A DNA stretch of 64,000 bases, taken from positions 62,001-126,000 of the forward strand of contig CT868429.1 of assembly GCA_000165425.1 (NCBI GenBank), given 5' to 3'. Both the position numbers and the translations under genes were made by a program. Below, piece by piece: positions 56,277 through 64,000 of this stretch (its first letter is position 1; every line of letters begins with the position of its first letter). The notes beneath the pieces are model-generated. The model worked only from the letters and a program-made list of their open reading frames with translations. It ran no database searches and was not told the DNA's origin. This stretch comes from Paramecium tetraurelia (taxonomy: Eukaryota).

Positions 56277-56455
56277 TACAACGTTAAAAATAATAATTAA
56301 AAATGCAGTTAATTAATTTCATCTTTCTATTATTATTACTTCATTCTATCAATTTATTAGGTAGTTTAGGTTATTAATATTTGATAATCGAAGGAATATG
56401 GATTATATTCAATTTAGTAGAAATCTAAATTAAAAAACATTTTTTATCATATTAA

Positions 56456-57739
56456 ATGCATTTTGTATTACTAATTCCATTCTTAGCATTTATGGTTATT
56501 GCATCATATTACTAAGCTTTTTATTTACTTAAATTTCATAAGAATTAGGACGATTATCCTCTGAAACAATTGTCACCTAAAATAACATTGCATTAAGGAA
56601 TATTTCTCATAATAAGTTAAATTGTATTGCTAATTGAAATCTACAAGTTCCTAGATATTGATAAGAGGAATTGTGAAGAGGAGAATGAAGTTACTAATGG
56701 ATTTATAGCCTTTTTTTATATTTTCTCAAGAGGTTGCTGTTTCTCGTTTGCTTTATTGAAAACTGCAAGAATTACTGTAGCTTTTAGTAAAAAGAAATTG
56801 AAACCTCAAAGCTTTTTAGCAATATATTTCTCAAGTGAAAAATATTTATTAATAACTGGATACATATACACATTTATTGGATTTATATTATTATCATTTA
56901 TAACTACTTGTATTGATTAAAGTTGTGCAAACTGTTGGTTAGATTATTATCATAATAACCGAAAGTATATAATGATCAATAGCTGCCTTGAAGAATTAGC
57001 TTGCATAATTTTGATGAGTTTCATAATTATTTATCATTTGGAAGATAAACTATATAAATTGACATTTAATCTATTAGGATATTATATGGGTTGGTTCCTC
57101 GTTACTTCATTGATAATCAAATTCGATCCAAACCGTTATTTAAATTTTGTTGTAACTCTTTCTTTTTTGTTAAGAGCTTTTTTGATGTTTTATTTATATG
57201 TCTATGAACCAATAAACTAGATTGAAGAGCATCCAACAAAATATATTGCCTTAAATAATATACAGAGCTTTTCAAGGATTTCGTAATTAGATTTTTAAGG
57301 CCATTTTAAAAATTCTATTATCTTGTAATCATTTAGTGTCTATTTATAAGATCTCGATAATTAAGATAAAGATAAACTCAAATAATTTCAAGTTAAACTT
57401 AATTTTCTTAAATTTAAACAACACTAATTATATCAAAACTATATGAAACTTTCTGAATATCTATATTAACCAGCTCCAATGGATATCATTGAAGATTATT
57501 TGATCAAAGAATTTAATAACGATGAGATTTTACTTCAATTCGATAATTAGGCAGAAGATTTGAAATAACATTTAGGTGAATATCTATCAAATGTTTATTA
57601 AATTGGATTTAAAAACACAATTGCTTTTCATACGATAAATAACTATTATCAGACCTAGGAAACAGCAATTAAAAATTTAGAAACTCTTGGTATGAAATTA
57701 AATTAGTATAATCCTTTAAAAGATCCCTTGAAAGAATGA
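56456..57739 (+). CDS. Seven-TM protein with C-terminal RGS-like domain (427 aa, intronless)
   Basis: Seven hydrophobic segments in the first ~255 aa, YPLKQLSP after TM1, then a soluble helical tail ending in YQIGFKNTIAF. The TM count is by eye and the RGS call is inference. Confidence 0.7.
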
Positions 57740-57786
57740 TTATTATTAGAATCAGTTTCATTTTTATATCATTATTAATAATAATA

Positions 57787-59544
57787 ATGGAAAATAGTAA
57801 AGATCAATTTGGTGATATCCCACAATCAAAATTACATTAAAAATCCTCCACTCCAAACAAATCATATAGTGTACCAAGGAAATATGATAAACTCATTCAT
57901 AAAACTACTCAAATTCCTAGAATATCAATTCAGCGATTAATTGAGAAAATGGATTAAGACAATGACGGATGGATAAAAAAGGACGATATATTAGTTTTTA
58001 GCAAAAAGCATTACTTATTTTTTGAAGATGAAGTAATATTCTTTTTATTTTAAGTTAGCCCAAGCCATGATTGATGAAGCAATTAGCAAAAGAATAGTAG
58101 CATTTAAGGATTAGTTAAAAGAACCTATCAACATTGATGAAGTCTTAGGAGCTGGTATTGTAGTTTGAATAACAAATAGTTTAACTTCATTATGTTTTAA
58201 ATTAGGATCATATTTGGGTTGAAAAGTCCAGACCTTATAGAGATCATTGGATTTAATTGTTAATGGCTGCAGGTGAGAAATTACCTTCGAATCATGATTT
58301 ACCCCCAGTTAAAATTAGTAAAGTTCATGACATGCACGAAATGGAACCCTTTCCTTTCAAACCAAAGTTGAATTCATCATAGTCACAAATTATTCATACA
58401 TCAGAATTACAGGAACCCAGATAATTTCCTGAACAATAACCAGAAGCTGGAATACTCCTTTAAGAGACAATTATGATCAAACCAATTAATAATGGAATCA
58501 TCAAAGAGCAGGGTACTGATAATCCTTTTGAAAAAGTAGTTAATTCTAAATTGTATTATCATTTAATAATTCTATAGCAATAATAATGATTAATAATAGT
58601 CGTATCCCACCCTGAGATTTGAAACTTAGGCTTATTATAATGAAGCAGAACGCTTAAGTAAGGATCCCAAACTATGCAAATCTAGTAGAAATCCTATATT
58701 TAAATTTATGCCAGAGAACCTAAATTATAAAGTAGACAAACTGAATTCACAAAAATAGAGTCAAGATTAAAATTAAACTTAATAATTTGGTTAAACAGCT
58801 ACTAAATATCTCTCTTAACCAGTGTTATTGAAGAAACCTTATCATGGATTATCTGACACAGGCTTTTAGACATCTGATTCAAAGTATTTTCAACCAAATC
58901 AAACCAAAAAATAACACAATGAAGATTAAAATGCAGATAAACAACATATTTTTTATGCTACCTTTAAACCTGAAGACGTTCAAACATTAAAAAATAAACT
59001 GGCTAATCTAAAATAGAGAGAAAAAGAGAAATTGTAAGATTTCTATAATCCTCCCTCAACTCATAAATTTAGAGATGATGTACTTGATAAGAAGAAAACT
59101 CTATTCAAAGTAATTTAATTCATAAATAAAGACAAGAATTAAACCTGATCCATTAACTAATCCTCATATGATGTCTGAGCATGATTAACGACCACAATTC
59201 GCTATAGAAGAGGATGAGAAGAAATAATTGAGAGAAGAACAAAAGCAATAGGATTATATCGATGATTGTATGGGCACTCATAAACAAACAAAATAATGGA
59301 TTAAATATTTTCCTACTGCAGATTTAAATCATAACTTTGTTGATCACAAAAGACCTAACTTTATCGATAAGGGAAACTATCAGGAACCAGGATTGATTCT
59401 ATTTCAATTTTTAAGGGAAGGTGCCAGTGCTAAGGTATTTAGTTTAATAATTATTAGGATGACTTTCAATTGTTTCATAGATAACTTAGAACTAATGACA
59501 AGCATTTATACTTGGGAATCTAAATGGATCCAAATTAATAATGA
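57787..59544 (+). CDS. EF-hand-containing hypothetical protein
   Basis: DQDNDGWIKKDD EF-hand-like loop near the N-terminus; multi-intron open frame to TGA 59542-59544. Confidence 0.72.
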
Positions 59545-59567
59545 ATTCATTAAGTATATACAAAAAA

Positions 59568-60026
59568 TCATAATCTTTTTATCTTTTCGACTTCTGAAAT
59601 TATATAATTTGAAATCTTTATAAATGCTTGTTCTTTCTTCTATTATACATTTTTGTACGAAGTATGAGCATAATAGCCAAAAGTCTTTAAAATTTGATAT
59701 CCTTATTGCAAATTACATTCTCGAGGTTATTTGTATTTTATTGGTTTTGGCTTTACTTGATAATGTTATACTGGTAAAGAAATCTCATTTTATTCTCCTT
59801 ATTGCTCTTAGTTATTTTGTTCTTAATAATTTTATTAGCCTTAAATAGATGAACCATTCTCCAAAATCACCTATTCCTCTTGATTAACAATTTCTACAGG
59901 ACCTTAAATTTCTTAAATGGGCTAATCATTCTAATTAATAATTTCTTCTTCATCTGATTCGAAATCGAAATCTACAATAGAAGCATCTGAATTAGTGTCT
60001 TCCATCTCTCTGATTAAATCGTTCAT
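59568..60026 (-). CDS. Hypothetical acidic/Gln-rich protein (152 aa)
   Basis: MNDLIREMED..; 459-nt open frame to TGA. Confidence 0.7.
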
Positions 60027-60668
60027 TTTTAATTTAAATAATGTTAAGGCTTCATTTTTAACATAAAGCTTAAAAATAAAAGAAGAGAATAAACTGAAAA
60101 TAATGTAATATTATTTCTATATTTAAAACAAATCATACCATTTATAATAACAATAATTGAGACTAATGATTTAGGGCATATAATTATCTAAAATGTTTCT
60201 AAAGATTATATAAAATTATAAGGACTTAAATTTATATTTATGTCTCATCCTCTAGTACGATAAATCGAAAAAATATCATTAAAAAATCTTAGAACTTGAT
60301 TAGAAATGTTCAAATTTGATTGAACCTGCTTTTGATTTATTTTCATAGAATTTTAATAAATACTTAGTGATCAAATAATCTAGATTAATTGAAAATCAGT
60401 ATTTAATAAATTTTGATTTCACATAACATTCAAAATATCCCTTCTAGTTAATTATAGCCTACTCGATTAGCAAATTGATAGGTTGAAAATGTTAATTAAA
60501 ATAAACCCTAAATATAAAATACATTTAAAAAAAAGTGTAAGAATTAGGGATAAAAGTTTAGGAATTAATTGTAATACTTAATGATAATAGTTATTTAAGT
60601 TTATGATGTATCAATTTAAAAGTGAAAGTCTCTCACTTCAATTAAGAGATTTAAATATGGTTAATAAT

Positions 60669-61348
60669 TCATACTTTGCAGCAACAGCATGTTTTATCTT
60701 GAGCTTTCATACTACGGGTTGTGATATGCTGGTTTAGGTGAGTGTAACATTGGGATGACCATTGCTTCACATCTAATTGGTATAACTTTTTTGATTGGTC
60801 GGGATTTAGATCAAGTGCCTCAAGTACAGTTTCCAAATATCTGAGTGAGGATTAATATTGCAGTTCTAAATGAAGACCTTCAAGAGTCTTAAATTATATT
60901 TCTTAATACCTTAATATCCTTAAAAAGTGTATTAGCAACATTTTCTGGGGTAGCATTATAAATCTGTTGAAAGTCTTAAGAAGTAAAGTTAATCAATCCT
61001 AGGTTATTCTAAATAGTGTTTAGGCATTGCATCATCTCCTCAAACATATTTAAGAAACTTTCAAGCAATTTTTATTTTTCTGGGATTGACATCAATCCTA
61101 TCATTTTATAATTGATAATAACCTGCCATATTCTCTATAAACCTTTATTCCGTATATAACCCATAATATTCTAAATATTGTAGTTTGTTCTTCTCAATAA
61201 TCTCGTATAATGTCTATCCAGGTTCACTGGGCACAACAGAGAAATTTGCTTTGGAAGTTTGGGATTAATGGAACCTTTGAGCAGTAGTTTGATCAGGGTC
61301 AGCAACTTAAATCCCATTTTAATTGTTTGATGGAAATATTTTTTTCAT
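60669..61348 (-). CDS. Hypothetical protein ending in a Cys cluster (..KTCCCCKV)
   Basis: MKKIFPSN..; two introns; TGC TGT TGC TGC AAA GTA TGA. Confidence 0.75.
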
Positions 61349-61805
61349 AATAATTATTTTTATAAATATACTATTCCATTAAAAAGAATAATCAATCCAT
61401 TTATTATTTATTGTTGATGTTAAGTTAATAATTAATTAATTGTTTTATTTTCAGTATTAAAAGAGTGTAATATTTTATTCTTATTTTTCATTAGAAATGT
61501 ACAGTGACTAGATTTTTACAGAGAATCTTAGTTGAGATGAATATAAGATATAAATTCGATGTCAGTTTGACAGCAGAGTTAGGATTATATTTCTATGATA
61601 AGAATATGTAGAAAAATTGATTTTTAGGAATTTTCTTAATTAATATAAAATCATAATAATAATATTTATTAATCTTAAAACTTAACATTTATGAGTAATT
61701 CTTTGATTTCCTTAATAATTAAAAAATAACTTAATTTGAGTAAAAATTAATCATAATTGTAGAGAATTACCATTATCATATTGATTTAATAAACGAGCAT
61801 ATATA

Positions 61806-62464
61806 TCAGATATGTATAAAAATCTAATCCTTTAATCTTTATCTATATTTTAAATAGAGTATGATTTCGTAAGCCTTTTGGTATTGCTCATTTGAGATGT
61901 CTTAAATTATTTATTTTGTCATTTTTTCAATTTCCAAATTATTCTTTTGATTAATTTAAGATATATTTTCCCCTCTCTGCACTTGGGACTGCAATTCCAA
62001 AATTTCCTCCATAAACTCTAAGTCCAATAGAACACTGCACTCTTTAATTTAAAAACCCTTAAGAGACAACTATATTATATTGAGGTATTATACAATGTAT
62101 TCTGCTCTCTCGTGAATGTTTTTCAATACTGAATAGGCTTCATTGATAAAGGCAGAATACTCTTGACTATATGAAATATTGATGGTAGGCATAGTCACAA
62201 ATCGATCAGGATGAAATTTTAATTGCAATGATCTATATTTGTCTTCTAAATATCTGGTTTCCACATTGATGTTAATAGGCAAATCAAAAAGCTCAAAGTA
62301 ATTAACATCTTATAATTAAGGAGAAGGCTCTTTTAAATATTTGCACTAACCACAAATAAATCTGTTATATAAACATCATTTGATTTACAGATTCCAACAA
62401 GTAACTCTTAGATGGTAACAAACTTGCTATAAAGATTAAAGCGAATTCAAAGAATTAAGATCAT
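61806..62464 (-). CDS. HSCB: Fe-S cluster co-chaperone HscB/Hsc20, with damaged or unusually spliced 5' part (possible pseudogene)
   Basis: NYFELF..YRSLQLKFHPDRF..INEAYSVLK..RAEYI|LSL..EFMEEILE. In-frame TGA at 62376-62378 and no clean in-frame ATG. Confidence 0.7.
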
Positions 62465-62575
62465 TTAAGGATAATGGAGCATGTTATTTATATGACAAAA
62501 ATAGATAAATTTAATAGGAGAGATAATTACATAAACTATTTAAAATATTCAAATTATATGTTTTATAAATACATT

Positions 62576-64000
62576 TCACAAATCCTCACTCTATTCAGCT
62601 CTCTTAAGCAAAGTTAATTTCTCAAATTGTTTCTGATACATAGCTATGTACTTACCTTCTGCATATATTGATAACTGATCGTCATAATGTTCAGACAAAG
62701 GATTTCCACTTACTCCCCCATCTACAATGAACTAACCTACATCGCCAGGTGCCATAGATACAAGCATTCTGTAATTTGCACCAGCAAAACCTCTAAATGG
62801 AAATTGAGATATATCGAATGTTGATACAGATGGAGTTCTAGAATATAAGCATATATAATAAACCTTCTATTTCCTCCAAATGGTATTTCTCTATCAAAAA
62901 TACCAAAGAATTTATCTTTAAAGGTAAAATGTCCTTGAAACTTTTTATGATTGTTTCCCCATTCCTATTTTGGTAATGATTTGTACTGTTCGACAGCCTA
63001 TTCAACTGCTTAATTCAAGAGTTATGAACAAGTATAAGGTAAACACCATGCTCCATTTTCCTTAAATCTTGTTAATTCATGGAAAAAGAAAGAATCGAAA
63101 TTGTATGTTTATGACCATCTAGGAGGTAATTTTGAAAAACTCTTAGAATAATGATGTTCAAATAACATATAAAGAGTGGCTTATTTTGAATCTTTACTTA
63201 AATTAAAATCCCAAGAATCTATTTGTTCCTTAAAATATTGAGATTGAATTAACTTTTTTAAAGTCGGCCAACTTTACTTTGCATAACTATCAACTGTATC
63301 TAATTGTAATTATTTCATTTATTCATAACTAACCTTATTTGGGACAATCTCAGATAGAACTTGATAAATTCTATGAGCTCTGCCAGTAGGATTGATATTC
63401 CAATTACAATGATACTTCTCGTTTTTAGGGAAGAATCTATTGTTGGCAGTAGCAACGAATCCTTTAGGTGGATTAATTATAATTGGATGCTCATTTTCAG
63501 GAATAAACCCTAGCCATTCTGTCTCTCCATTCCATCCCTTTTTAATAAAACCATAATCCTCAGGATTTCCTGATCTTATCACTTATTTTCCAACTATCAT
63601 ATAAGCTACATCTTTTTATGAAGCAAAGATCATTCCTAAACCTGGATACACAACCTTTTTGAGATGCTTCAATTATTCACTTAGATCTGACCCTTATATG
63701 AAACGTATCATCGCTCTAAAATAATAATGTATTTAAAATACTCTGGTCCATAGATATCATCAATGTCTATTAAAGATCTCAAAGAGTAGGTCTTGTCTAA
63801 TTATTTGATAGTTTTGGTTCCTCTATCATCAAAGTAGAAATTCAAGATAGGCCCATGATGAGTTCTGTGAATTGTCATTTCGTATGTCTTATCTCCATAA
63901 TGAATAAGTTCGACTTTTTCTTTGGTGGGGTACCATTTATCTTAAAATAAATAATGCATTTTCCCATCAATTTCTTTCAATTGTTCTTCATATAAATCAC
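62576..64000 (-). CDS. Penicillin amidase/acylase family Ntn-hydrolase (5' part outside window)
   Basis: THHGPI, GWNGETEWLGFIP..P.IINPPKGFVATANNR, GANYRM, GGVSGNPLSEHYDDQ. Ends SEDL-TGA. Confidence 0.88.

Overview
AT-rich, very gene-dense ciliate DNA, most consistent with a Paramecium macronuclear scaffold. TAA/TAG read as Gln, TGA is the only stop, and genes are split by roughly 20-34 nt GT(A)..AG introns, so the supplied standard-code ORF track fragments nearly every gene. Re-reading by hand in the ciliate code gives about 30 protein genes: several kinases and PH-pseudokinases, a MORN protein, a bZIP factor, two tandem SAPS-like proteins, three tandem TM-RING-H2 ligases, PI4K, RPL17, ALDH7, a PX protein, a trichocyst matrix protein, CFAP91, a Cys-rich surface antigen-like protein, RPS20, OGDH E1, a 7TM-RGS-like protein, HscB and a penicillin amidase-family protein. 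There are also two tRNAs (Gln-CUA, which decodes UAG, and Ser-AGA) and a 150-N gap. The best leads are the 7TM-RGS-like receptor, a uORF-bearing GC-enriched leader on the bZIP gene, a near-spacerless array of receptor-type E3 ligases, a graded series of PH-pseudokinases and a possible exon-to-intron conversion in HscB. All calls come from manual translation and motif recognition; no database searches were run, and intron-dependent boundaries are approximate.
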